A stretch of 64,000 nucleotides of DNA, from contig CAWHAE010000018.1 of the NCBI GenBank assembly GCA_963827235.1, positions 64,001 through 128,000 on the forward strand, written 5' to 3'. The position numbers and the translations under genes are program-made. Under the pieces are notes generated by a model that did no database searches, was not told the origin of the DNA, and saw only the letters and a program-made list of their open reading frames with translations. This document shows, piece by piece, positions 48,189 through 57,756 of the stretch. Position 1 is the stretch's first letter; each line of letters starts with the position of its first letter. This DNA is from an uncultured bacterium (GTDB taxonomy: Bacteria > Chloroflexota > UBA5177 > JANWHV01).

Positions 48189-49952
48189 ATGTTGACACGT
48201 CCAACTGCCGAGAGTGCGCAGGAGTCCCGCAGCGGCCGCTGGCTGAACCGCCTCGATTTCGAAGGCTGGGCGCAGCGAGGTTGTCTGAAAGCCGAGGGCT
48301 TTGCGGAAGTCTCGTTCCGAAATCGCCCGGTGATCGGTATCTGCAACACGTGGAGTGAGCTCGTACATTGCAACGCTCACCTGCGCGACGTCGCGGAAGC
48401 CGTCAAGCGAGGCGTGCTGCAGGCCGGAGGATTTCCCCTGGAGTTTCCGGTTATGTCTCTCGGCGAGCCCTTCATGAAGCCGACCACCATGCTCTTCCGG
48501 AATCTGATGGCGATGGACGTCGAGGAGTCGATCAGAGCCTATCCGCTCGACGGCGTGGTCCTGCTCGTCGGGTGCGACAAGACGACGGCCGCCTGCCTGA
48601 TGGGCGCGGCAAGCGCCGATATCCCCAGCATCGTGGTGCCCGGTGGGCCGCAGCTCAATGCCTACTGGCGCGGACAGCCGATCGGCAACTGCACGGACTG
48701 CTGGCGATACTCTGAAGAATTCCGCGCCGGGCGAATCACCCTGGCGGAATGGCGTGAGCTCGAGGACTCGGCAGTGCGCTCGCCCGGCCACTGCATGACC
48801 ATGGGCACCGCCTCGACCATGGCCTGCCTCACCGAGGCGCTTGGCATGGCGCTACCCGGAACGGCGGCGATCCCGGCGGCGGACTCGCGGCTGAAACGCG
48901 GCGCCGAGCAAGCAGGCCGTGCGATAGTAGACCTGGTAGGGCGCGGCACCAGGCCGTCCGACATCCTCACTCGGCAGGCGTTCGAGAATGCCGCGCGCAC
49001 CCTGCACGCGATCGGCGGCTCGACCAATGGCATCATTCATCTGATCGCGCTTGCCGGGCGTCTGGGACTCGATCTGCCGCTCGAGACCTTTGAGCGGCTG
49101 AGCGCCACGACGCCCTGGCTGGTCAATCTCAAGCCCTCCGGCAAATATCTGATGGAAGACTTCTTCTATGCAGGTGGCCTGCCCGCGGTGCTTGGACAGT
49201 TACGCGATCTGCTTCACCTGGACGCGCCAACCGTCTCGGGACGAACGCTGGGCGAGGGGCTGGATGGCGCGACAATCTTCAATTCGGACGTCATAGCGCC
49301 GCGCGATCGTCCCCTCACGGAGCGTGGCGCGCTCAACGTGCTCCACGGCAATCTGTGCCCGGATGGTGCGGTGATCAAGGTGTCGGCAGCGAGAGGGGAC
49401 CTGCTGGTGCACGAAGGTAGCGCGGTGGTGTTCGAGGACCTTGCCGATCTGGAAGCGCGCCTGGACGATCCAGCGCTCGAGGTGGAAGCGTCCAGCGTGC
49501 TCGTGCTCAAGAACAGCGGTCCAAAAGGCGCGCCGGGCATGCCGGAGTCCGGCCATCTGCCCATACCTGCCAAGCTGTTGCGGGCCGGTGTCGGCGACAT
49601 GGTGCGCATAAGTGACGCGCGCATGAGCGGAACCGCCTACGGCACGGTCGTCCTGCACATCGCGCCGGAATCCGCAGTGGGCGGCCCACTGGCTGTGGTG
49701 CGGAACGGCGACCGCATACGCCTGGACGTACCGGGCCGGCGTCTCGACCTGTTGGTTTCCGAGGCCGAGCTGGCTGAGCGCCGCCTGGCCTGGCGGCCGG
49801 CTCCCCCGCATTTCCAGCGCGGCTTCGGCAGGCTCTTCGAGGAGCACGTGCTCCAGGCCAACCTCGGCTGCGATTTCGACTTTCTGCGCAGCGTGAACGT
49901 CGCGCATGGCGCTGGGTCGATCGGGCGGCCGGGTACGGTCGGGACGACCTGA
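48189..49952 (+). CDS. IlvD/Edd family sugar-acid dehydratase (arabinonate/xylonate dehydratase-like)
   Basis: IGICNTWSELVHCNAHL, PTTMLFRNLMAMD, GCDKT, GHCMTMGTASTM, GGSTN, SDARMSGTAYG. Confidence 0.93.
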   Translation: MLTRPTAESAQESRSGRWLNRLDFEGWAQRGCLKAEGFAEVSFRNRPVIGICNTWSELVHCNAHLRDVAEAVKRGVLQAGGFPLEFPVMSLGEPFMKPTTMLFRNLMAMDVEESIRAYPLDGVVLLVGCDKTTAACLMGAASADIPSIVVPGGPQLNAYWRGQPIGNCTDCWRYSEEFRAGRITLAEWRELEDSAVRSPGHCMTMGTASTMACLTEALGMALPGTAAIPAADSRLKRGAEQAGRAIVDLVGRGTRPSDILTRQAFENAARTLHAIGGSTNGIIHLIALAGRLGLDLPLETFERLSATTPWLVNLKPSGKYLMEDFFYAGGLPAVLGQLRDLLHLDAPTVSGRTLGEGLDGATIFNSDVIAPRDRPLTERGALNVLHGNLCPDGAVIKVSAARGDLLVHEGSAVVFEDLADLEARLDDPALEVEASSVLVLKNSGPKGAPGMPESGHLPIPAKLLRAGVGDMVRISDARMSGTAYGTVVLHIAPESAVGGPLAVVRNGDRIRLDVPGRRLDLLVSEAELAERRLAWRPAPPHFQRGFGRLFEEHVLQANLGCDFDFLRSVNVAHGAGSIGRPGTVGTT

Positions 49953-50008
49953 GCGGTCGGACGCGGCAGCTGTCGCTGCTTGCTGATAGTGAAAGGAGGG
50001 GATATCTG

Positions 50009-50908
50009 ATGCTTGGCGGCGTAGTTTGCCCGATGATGAGCCCGGTCAGGGAAAACGGCGAGATCGATCGAGTCGCGACTGCCGCGCTCCTGCGGCACGT
50101 GCTGGCCGGCCAGGTCGACGCCGTGCTGGTAGCGGGCACGACAGGCGAGTTTCCGTGCCTCTCCGACCGGGCATGGTCAACGCTGGTCGAGGTCGCCCTG
50201 CAGGAGATCGGCAACGCCGTTCCGGCCATAGTGAACGTGTCGCATTGCAGTCTGCGCACTGCGATCGAGCGCGCACGCTTCGCTGCGGCGCGCGGAGCGC
50301 CGTACGTGGCGTCGACTCCCCCGTACTACGTGCCGCTCGCCACCGACGACGTCGTGGCCTACTACCACCGGCTGGCCGATTCGTCCAGCGTGCCGCTCCT
50401 TCTGTACAACATTCCGCAGTTCACGCAATCCGATCTCACAGCCGTTCTGCCACGGCTCGCTGAGCATCCGAACATCTGCGGCATCAAGGATTCGTCCGGA
50501 TTGTACGAAGGAGTTGCCGCCATCCCGCGGCGCATCGAACGACCGTTCGTGCGCCTGGCCGGTACCGACGTCCTGCTCCCAGCGGCCGTGGCGCAGGACC
50601 TGGATGGTGTTGTACCTGGATTGGCCAATCTCGTGCCCGGCCTGTTCCACCGTTGGTGGGCTGCCCTTCGATGCGCGGACTCCGGCGCCGCCCGGCAGCA
50701 CGAAGCAGCCGTTCGCAGGTTCACCGACCTGTACGCCGTCGTCCCCGGCTCCGCTCCCTACATGCAGGTCTTCCGCTCCGGTCTTCGCCTGCTGGGCATA
50801 GATCCCGGCAGCCCCAGCGGCATCGAGAGCGAGATCGCCGGGCCTATTCATGAACGGCTTCGTGAGGCACTCGAGAGCACCGGCATGCAGGCGCGGTGTC
50901 CAGAGTAG
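50009..50908 (+). CDS. DHDPS/KDG aldolase family lyase
   Basis: AGTTGEF, PPYY, LYNIPQFT, GIKDSSG. Confidence 0.9.
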   Translation: MLGGVVCPMMSPVRENGEIDRVATAALLRHVLAGQVDAVLVAGTTGEFPCLSDRAWSTLVEVALQEIGNAVPAIVNVSHCSLRTAIERARFAAARGAPYVASTPPYYVPLATDDVVAYYHRLADSSSVPLLLYNIPQFTQSDLTAVLPRLAEHPNICGIKDSSGLYEGVAAIPRRIERPFVRLAGTDVLLPAAVAQDLDGVVPGLANLVPGLFHRWWAALRCADSGAARQHEAAVRRFTDLYAVVPGSAPYMQVFRSGLRLLGIDPGSPSGIESEIAGPIHERLREALESTGMQARCPE

Positions 50909-50967
50909 ACGGGAAAGCAGGCATCGCGGCACTACGTGCTTCGCGCGCGCCCGGTACGGCCGGCGCT

Positions 50968-53814
50968 CTAGCGTGCCTCTCGTGCCGGCTCCGCCGTCGC
51001 GACGGGCAGTCGCAGGCGGAACGTGCTCCCCTGCGGTCCTGTATCTTCGAGGTCCAGATCGCCGCCCATCGCCTCCGCCAATCCCCGGCTGATATAGAGG
51101 CCGAGGCCGGTCCCGACATGCCCGGCACGGATGCGGCTCCCCACCACTCGGCCGAACCGCGTGAAGAGCTGCTCGCGGCCGCTCTCGGGGATGCCGGGCC
51201 CGTGGTCGCGCACCCGTACCACCGCCTGCTTTCCTTCCGGACCCCACGAAACGGCGATGGCGCTTCCCTCCGGCGAATACTTGGCCGCATTGTCGAGCAG
51301 GTTCGTCAGCACCTGCGAGGCGCGCGCCGCGTCGACCCACACCCTGAGATCGGCGGCACCCTCCGCGATCACGTGCTGTCCAGGGTAGCTGACCTGCAGC
51401 TCCGCGACGACCTGTCTCAGCAGGGTAGCCAGGTAAGCAGAGGCGCTCTGCGTGATCAGGCTGGTCGCGTCCAGCCGGCTGACCAGCAGCAGATCCTCTA
51501 CCAGCCGGCGCTGCCGATTGGCGGCCGCGACAATCTGGTTGATCCGCTCCAGCCGGAGTGCCTCGCTGAATTCTCCCCAATGCACCTGCAAGAGCTCGCC
51601 AAAACCGATGATCGCCGTGAGCGGGGTGCGCAGCTCATGGCTCACTCTGGCCACGAAATCGCTTTGCAGGCCGGCCAGCTCCTGCGCGGCTGCCTTCGCC
51701 TTCTCGAGGGCGCCTTCCACCTGCTTGTGGTCGCTGATGTCCAGAACCTGCGCGATCACGTACTGCGGATCGCCGGTGCCACCTCGTAGTAGAGACGCGG
51801 AAAGAAGCACCCACACCTGCGAGCCGTCCTTCCGGATGTAGCGCTTCTCCCAGCGGCAGACCGCGACCTCACCGGCCACCAGGTCACGCAGGCGATCCAC
51901 ATCCACGCCCAGGTCGTCGGCATGGGTGAAATCCTGGTTGGCGCGAACGAGCAGCTCCTCCTCCGTGTAGCCGAGCAAGATGCACAGCGCCGGGTTAACC
52001 CGAGTCCATCGCCCGTCGAGCGCCATGAGAGCCAGGCCGATCGGGGCGTGCTGCTCAACCTGCCGGTAGCGCTCCTCAGAGGCACGCAGCGCGGCTTCCG
52101 CTTCGACACGGTCCGTAATATCGCGACTGTTGAGCACGATTCCACGTACAGCCGGGTCGTCCAGCCGGCTCTGCATGACTGCTTCGAAGGTGTGATAGGT
52201 CCCGTCCGCATGCCGGATGCGGCTCACCAATCGATGGATCATTCCAGTCTCTACGACGGCCGCCAGGGTAGCGCGGGCCAGCGGCACCACCACGGGATCC
52301 ATGAACTCGAAGCTTGTGTGGCCAACCACTGCGGCCGGATCGACGCCCAGCACCCGGCTCTGCGAAGCGCTGGCGTAGCGAATGGTGCCGTCGACGTCCA
52401 GAATGCGCGTTACGTCGCCGGAGTGCTCGGTCAGTGCACGGAAGCGCGCTTCGCTCTCAGCCAGAGTCTCCGCTGCCGTGTGCCGCTCTGTAACGTCCAG
52501 CAGCATGCCGACAATGCTCTTCACGGCACCACCGGCGTCCCGGGTGGCAGACACGGAGAGCTGTGCCCACACGACACGGCCGTCCTTGTGCACGAAGCGC
52601 TTGTCCAGGCTGTAGGCGTCTCGCACGCCGGCCAGCACTTCCTGGAATAGCTTCCAGTCGGCTGCCTTGTCATCGGGATGAGTGATCTGCACGAATGTCA
52701 ATTGGCGTAGCTCGGCATCGTCGTAGCCGAGGATGCGCTGCACAGCCGCGTTCGCCAGCAGGATCCGTCCCTCAACATCTACCATCACCATGCCCATGGG
52801 CGCATGCTCGAATATGCCTCGGAATTGCAGCTCGCTCGCCAAGAGAGCCGCCTCCGCGCGGTTGCGCTCGCTGATGTCACGCGCTATCACGGCCGAGCCG
52901 ATCACCCTGCCGCTTTCATCGGTAATCGGCGACGCGCTGAAGGCGACATCGAACAGGCTGCCGTCCTTCCGTCTGCGCACGGTTTCGTAGCGGACGACGT
53001 GCTCGCCACGCTGCACGCTCTCGGCCACGATGCTGGCTTCCTCGAGGTCCTCGGGCCGTGCGGTCAGGATCCGGGGCACCTTGCCGGTGATTTCGCCGGC
53101 GGAATAGCCGAACATGCGCTCGGCGGCGGGGTTCCAGGTGTCGACCCTGCCGTCTGAGTCGGTGCTGAGAATCGCCTCGCCCGACGCGGCTACGACGGCG
53201 GCGTAACGCGCAAGCTGTCGGTTCCACTGACGATAGCGCTCGCGTCGTCCTGCCGCCTCGACAGCTTCAACGATCATGTGGCCTGCCAGGCGCAGTAAAG
53301 GCAGCTCGCCGTTCGGCGCCGCGCGTGGCTCGGCATGAAATGCGCAAAGCGCCCCATAGGGCCGGCCGTCGTCCCAGGCAAGTGGGACGGCGGTCAGGGC
53401 ACCGGCGCGCCACGGCTGGTCGCCGGCAAGGGCTGGGAAACCAGCGTATCCGGCGAGGTCCTCGACGACCAGGCATTGCATGCTGCCGTCAGCCGTAGTC
53501 ATCTCGAGCATTGCGCGGCCGGGTAGGGATTGCCCGACCCGCAAGCCTAGGCCGGTACGTTCGTGCAGGTGCTCGATCTGCCAAATGCCATCCACGATGC
53601 GCACGAGGCCGACGGTGCCCGCGTCTAGGCTGTCGGCCACCAGGATCAATATCCTGTCGATCTCTTCGCCGGCGTCTCGGTGCCGGCTTCCGGTGAACGC
53701 TGCAAGGCGTTCCAGCACGCTGGTCACGCGCTGCCGCGTGTTCTCGGCGCCCGCGATGGGGATCGCTCTGGAATCCGGGCTGGCAGGTGGGTTGACGTCC
53801 GGAGGCACCATCAC
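50968..53814 (-). CDS. Cytoplasmic GAF + four-PAS sensor histidine kinase
   Basis: GAF, repeated PAS/PAC, SHELRTPLT, NLLDNAAKYS, DHGPGI, GTGLGL. Confidence 0.93.
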   Translation of the reverse strand: MMVPPDVNPPASPDSRAIPIAGAENTRQRVTSVLERLAAFTGSRHRDAGEEIDRILILVADSLDAGTVGLVRIVDGIWQIEHLHERTGLGLRVGQSLPGRAMLEMTTADGSMQCLVVEDLAGYAGFPALAGDQPWRAGALTAVPLAWDDGRPYGALCAFHAEPRAAPNGELPLLRLAGHMIVEAVEAAGRRERYRQWNRQLARYAAVVAASGEAILSTDSDGRVDTWNPAAERMFGYSAGEITGKVPRILTARPEDLEEASIVAESVQRGEHVVRYETVRRRKDGSLFDVAFSASPITDESGRVIGSAVIARDISERNRAEAALLASELQFRGIFEHAPMGMVMVDVEGRILLANAAVQRILGYDDAELRQLTFVQITHPDDKAADWKLFQEVLAGVRDAYSLDKRFVHKDGRVVWAQLSVSATRDAGGAVKSIVGMLLDVTERHTAAETLAESEARFRALTEHSGDVTRILDVDGTIRYASASQSRVLGVDPAAVVGHTSFEFMDPVVVPLARATLAAVVETGMIHRLVSRIRHADGTYHTFEAVMQSRLDDPAVRGIVLNSRDITDRVEAEAALRASEERYRQVEQHAPIGLALMALDGRWTRVNPALCILLGYTEEELLVRANQDFTHADDLGVDVDRLRDLVAGEVAVCRWEKRYIRKDGSQVWVLLSASLLRGGTGDPQYVIAQVLDISDHKQVEGALEKAKAAAQELAGLQSDFVARVSHELRTPLTAIIGFGELLQVHWGEFSEALRLERINQIVAAANRQRRLVEDLLLVSRLDATSLITQSASAYLATLLRQVVAELQVSYPGQHVIAEGAADLRVWVDAARASQVLTNLLDNAAKYSPEGSAIAVSWGPEGKQAVVRVRDHGPGIPESGREQLFTRFGRVVGSRIRAGHVGTGLGLYISRGLAEAMGGDLDLEDTGPQGSTFRLRLPVATAEPAREAR

Positions 53815-54155
53815 CTGGAAGGAGCGGCATCCGCGCTGCCATCGCCGCCGCCGTGCCGGGCCGCTCGTCGCGTAGCCATTTTGACGGTTGTCCTGAATCT
53901 AGTGTGCCAAGCGTCGCGCTAGTCTCGGATCATGCTACCACACCGGCCAGACAGAATAATCACCCGGCCGGGGCATGCCTGCAAGCCGAGGCAGCAGACC
54001 TTGCCTGATCAGATCAGCCTGAGCATGGGCGCCGCCTTTGGTGGGGCATTCGGCACTTGTGGTGTGGCAGCAGGAGTGGTATCAGAGGAGGTGGGCACGG
54101 CGGCACCTACTGCGCGGCGAGCCTGCCATGCGAAGTGCTATTGGGAGAACGCCTC

Positions 54156-54863
54156 GTGAACGTGGAGATCTGGTCCGACATAGTCTGCCCGTGGTGCTAC
54201 ATCGGCAAGCGGCGCTTCGAGACGGCGCTTGCCGCTTTTGCCCACCGCGACGACGTCTCACTGACGTGGCGCAGCTTTGAGCTGGATCCGCGGGCACCGC
54301 GCCGGTCCGAAGACAGCCTCGACGAGCATCTGGCACGCAAGTACGGTCTGGCCCCGGCGCAGGCCGCGGCAATGAACGCGCACGTCACCTCGCTGGCATC
54401 CGCCGAAGGCCTGTCCTATCATCTCGAGCGAGCGAAGCACGGCAACACCTTCGATGCCCACCGCCTGCTCCACATGGCCGACCGCAGCGGATTGCAGGCC
54501 GCGGCCAAAGAGCGGCTGTTACGCGCCTACTTCACGGATGGACTTGCCATCGCAGAGACCGAGGTTCTGGTCGCACTCGCCGTCGAGATCGGCATGAACG
54601 GCGACGAAGTGCGCGCCGCGTTGGACGGGGAAACATGTGCGGACGAGGTACGCGCAGACGAAAGCCGGGCCGCTGCCTTCGGCATCAGCGGGGTTCCCTT
54701 CGCGGTCATCGACGAGAAGTACGGCGTCTCCGGCGCCCAGTCGCCTGATGTCTTTCTGCAGGCCCTGGAGCGGGCCTGGAACGAGTCCGGCGCCCACTCG
54801 AAGGCGAATGAAAAGGAGCAGTCCGGCTCCTGCGACGGGGACAGCTGCGCCTTTCCCGCCTGA
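54156..54863 (+). CDS. DsbA family FrnE-like dithiol-disulfide oxidoreductase
   Basis: WSDIVCPWCYIGKRRF, NTFDAHRL, GISGVPF, VSGAQ, and a C-terminal CDGDSC. Confidence 0.93.
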   Translation: MNVEIWSDIVCPWCYIGKRRFETALAAFAHRDDVSLTWRSFELDPRAPRRSEDSLDEHLARKYGLAPAQAAAMNAHVTSLASAEGLSYHLERAKHGNTFDAHRLLHMADRSGLQAAAKERLLRAYFTDGLAIAETEVLVALAVEIGMNGDEVRAALDGETCADEVRADESRAAAFGISGVPFAVIDEKYGVSGAQSPDVFLQALERAWNESGAHSKANEKEQSGSCDGDSCAFPA

Positions 54864-55105
54864 GAAGCGACCTCGACTTCCAAGCGGTGTCCGGCCCAGC
54901 ATCGTCACCGGGTCCGCCTGCACGACCGCGTCGCGAACCGTCTCAGCCTGCGATGCCATCTCCGGCACCTCGCCTCCGCGGGCGCCTCCAGATCAGACTC
55001 GTGCATTGATGATACCGAGGCCCCAGCGGCCGCTGCGTAGCGTGAGACGCCCATCCGCCGGCATGCGCCGCGGACGGCATCCTCTCGCCAACTTGCGACT
55101 GCTCC

Positions 55106-56428
55106 TTACTGGCAGGCCGCGGCGACCTCACTCGCTATCCGCGACCATTCCCAGATGCGATGGGGCTCGTAGCGAGCGGTACTGATGTCCTTCATGATCA
55201 CCTCCACGTGGCAGCCGTGCGCCCGTGCCTTTGCCAGCACGCTCTCCAGTTGCTCCCGCGCCTCGGTCGGGCGCCATACGTCGTCGGCGAATATTGCCGG
55301 GCTCGGCTTGTAGGAGAACACGTAGTGGTCTCCCACGTTGGCCACCGCTTCGTCGACGTTGATCCACGGGCTCATCGACACCTTGCGCAGGTTGGGCACG
55401 TTCGCCAGAATGGCCATTTTGCGATGCAGCGGATCGCAGCAGCCATAATAGCTGAGACCAAACCGGCTCATCCACCGCACTTCATATTGCAGGGCGAACT
55501 CCCAATGCATCCGAGGAGAGACATCCGAGAAGATCTGCGCCGTGCTGCTGCCCCAAAGGTCCTCTGCCCGCACGCGCGCCGGATCGTATCCGGGTCGAGG
55601 AAGCTCCTCCGTGTAGCCAAGACCCCCTGAGCCTACGCGGTGGTAGCCGTTGTTCAAGGTCAGCAGGTTCTGCTCTTCGAACTGATCGAGCATCCTCAAG
55701 TAGGCACTCGTCAGGCGGTCTATCGCCTTGTGGACCAACTCGGGCCGATCGTACAGGTCGGTCAGAAGCTCCGTGATACCCCACCAACGCACCAGTTCAT
55801 CCCACGGCGCGCACCAGAAGCAGAATCCGTTGACACCGCGCTTCTGCACGTCCAGCAGGTCGCCGAAGACATGGCGAAGCAGCTGGAAGCTCTGCTCCGA
55901 GGCACGCACGTCGTGCGTTACCACAGGGTTCTTGATCTTCTCGAGATCCTCTTCGCCGGCTATCTGCACGTTGAAGTGCCGGGAGACCACCGAATTCGCC
56001 CGGTCGGTGGCGACCACGTCCACATCCTCGTCGATGCCAAAGCCGGAGTTGTAGACCACGAGCGGCGAGTAGACGACCGGCTCGACGACCATGTCACACG
56101 GCATATGCTCCCAGTGGTAGATCAGCCTGCGCAGCTCACTTTCGTGATAGCGGCTCCATGCGCTAGTCGCCTGCAGTCGAAGCCGGCCGTCGTAATCCAT
56201 TTCATGCCAGGGAACCTCGTCGATCCAGACCATCGGCCTGACCGGCCGCAGTCCATTCAGCTCTCGCCACATGGCCGCCGTGTTCTTCTGCACCGGCAGA
56301 GCGGCGATCGCGGCAAGTCGTTCGCCCAGGGACCGCAGGACTGTCCTGTCGTGCTCGGAGATCTCGTCTGGGCAGGCCGGCGCGGAGATGCCCGGTGCTG
56401 GATCCTCGTGAGAGCTCACGCTGTACAT
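55106..56428 (-). CDS. Divergent UroD/MetE-like TIM-barrel hypothetical protein
   Basis: WGITELLTDLYDRPELVH, VSPRMHWEF, YYGCCDPLH, LRKVSMSPW, SYKPSP. Confidence 0.7.
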   Translation of the reverse strand: MYSVSSHEDPAPGISAPACPDEISEHDRTVLRSLGERLAAIAALPVQKNTAAMWRELNGLRPVRPMVWIDEVPWHEMDYDGRLRLQATSAWSRYHESELRRLIYHWEHMPCDMVVEPVVYSPLVVYNSGFGIDEDVDVVATDRANSVVSRHFNVQIAGEEDLEKIKNPVVTHDVRASEQSFQLLRHVFGDLLDVQKRGVNGFCFWCAPWDELVRWWGITELLTDLYDRPELVHKAIDRLTSAYLRMLDQFEEQNLLTLNNGYHRVGSGGLGYTEELPRPGYDPARVRAEDLWGSSTAQIFSDVSPRMHWEFALQYEVRWMSRFGLSYYGCCDPLHRKMAILANVPNLRKVSMSPWINVDEAVANVGDHYVFSYKPSPAIFADDVWRPTEAREQLESVLAKARAHGCHVEVIMKDISTARYEPHRIWEWSRIASEVAAACQ

Positions 56429-56996
56429 CGAATCGCCTCACTTCTTTGGCCGTCTGGCGTCGGGCAGGCGCGGTAGCCTGCTCGCTGCCAGGTTTTGGCA
56501 GCATGCGGCTCTCGACAGGCCAAGTCGAGCACGCGCAGACGACCCTGCTGAACATTGTACCCGTCGTGTAGCCGGCCACGAGCGGCTGAGTGGGACCGGA
56601 ACACTTCGTGGAACCAGCCGGGACCGCCACCAGGCCAACAGCGGCACGGCAGATTGCCGGCTTGCGCGATTCGGACTCGCCGGTCCACCAAACCGTGTCT
56701 TCCTGCCCAGCCGCCGGCCGAATCCCGGCCGCGGCACGGAGCTGCGGTGCAGGGCGGCCACGTTGTTTGCATGCGACGATGGTTGGATGTACAGGCGGTT
56801 CTCGGCCCCGTACCATGCATGAGGGGCATCTCGCCCCGGCGAAGCTGCGTGAGGGCTGAGACCGGTTCCTTGATTCTCGCACGGGCACGAACGCGCCGGC
56901 TCGCGCGCTCGCTGCCGTGCCGGTTACGGGCCGCCGGCACCGGGCCTTCGCTACTCATTTGTGCGGATCACCGCACCCGGGTACCCTTGAGCAGTC

Positions 56997-57728
56997 ATGG
57001 AACACCAACTCGCCATCGAGATCACCGACGTCACCAAGGATATTCCCGTCGGCCAAAGCGCGGTGCACGCTCTCCGTGGCGTGAGCGTCGCGGTTGCCCG
57101 GGGTGAGGTGGTAGCCGTCGTCGGCCCGAGCGGAAGCGGTAAGACCACGCTCCTTGGCCTGATCGGCGGACTCGACACCGTCAGCTCCGGCCGCATCGTC
57201 GTCAACGGAATGGACATCACGCACCTGTCGGAGAACAAGCTCGCCGGCATCCGCAATCGACAGATCGGCTTCGTATTCCAGTCTTTCAACCTCATTCCCA
57301 CGCTCACCGCGCTGGAGAACGTCGCCCTGCCCGTGCAGTTCGGGCGGGGACGTGACCCCGTTCGCAAGGCGGCCGAGGCCCTGGACGCGGTGGGCTTGTC
57401 CGACCGGCTGCACCACAAGCCGAACCAGATGTCGGGCGGCGAGCAGCAGCGCGTGGCTATCGCTCGCGCCCTGGCCAACGATCCGGCAATCATTCTGGCG
57501 GACGAGCCGACCGGCAATCTCGACTCCGCGAACGGAGAGCGCGTGATGGAGCAGCTGCTCGGACTGCGCTCGCGGTTGGGCAAGACGATCGTGATCGTTA
57601 CCCATGACCCGGCGATCGCCGTGCGCACCGACCGCATCGTCCACCTGCGAGACGGTCTGGTGGTGGAGAACGCGGGCGCGGAGTGGTCGAGACGGTTGGA
57701 AGCGCTCAGCCCGGTCGCGGCAGGCTAA
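56997..57728 (+). CDS. LolD/MacB-type ABC ATP-binding protein
   Basis: GPSGSGKTT, IGFVFQSFNL, MSGGEQQRVAIARAL, ADEPTGNLD. Confidence 0.96.
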   Translation: MEHQLAIEITDVTKDIPVGQSAVHALRGVSVAVARGEVVAVVGPSGSGKTTLLGLIGGLDTVSSGRIVVNGMDITHLSENKLAGIRNRQIGFVFQSFNLIPTLTALENVALPVQFGRGRDPVRKAAEALDAVGLSDRLHHKPNQMSGGEQQRVAIARALANDPAIILADEPTGNLDSANGERVMEQLLGLRSRLGKTIVIVTHDPAIAVRTDRIVHLRDGLVVENAGAEWSRRLEALSPVAAG

Positions 57729-57756
57729 TGCGCACGCGATCGCGTTAGCCTCTCAA

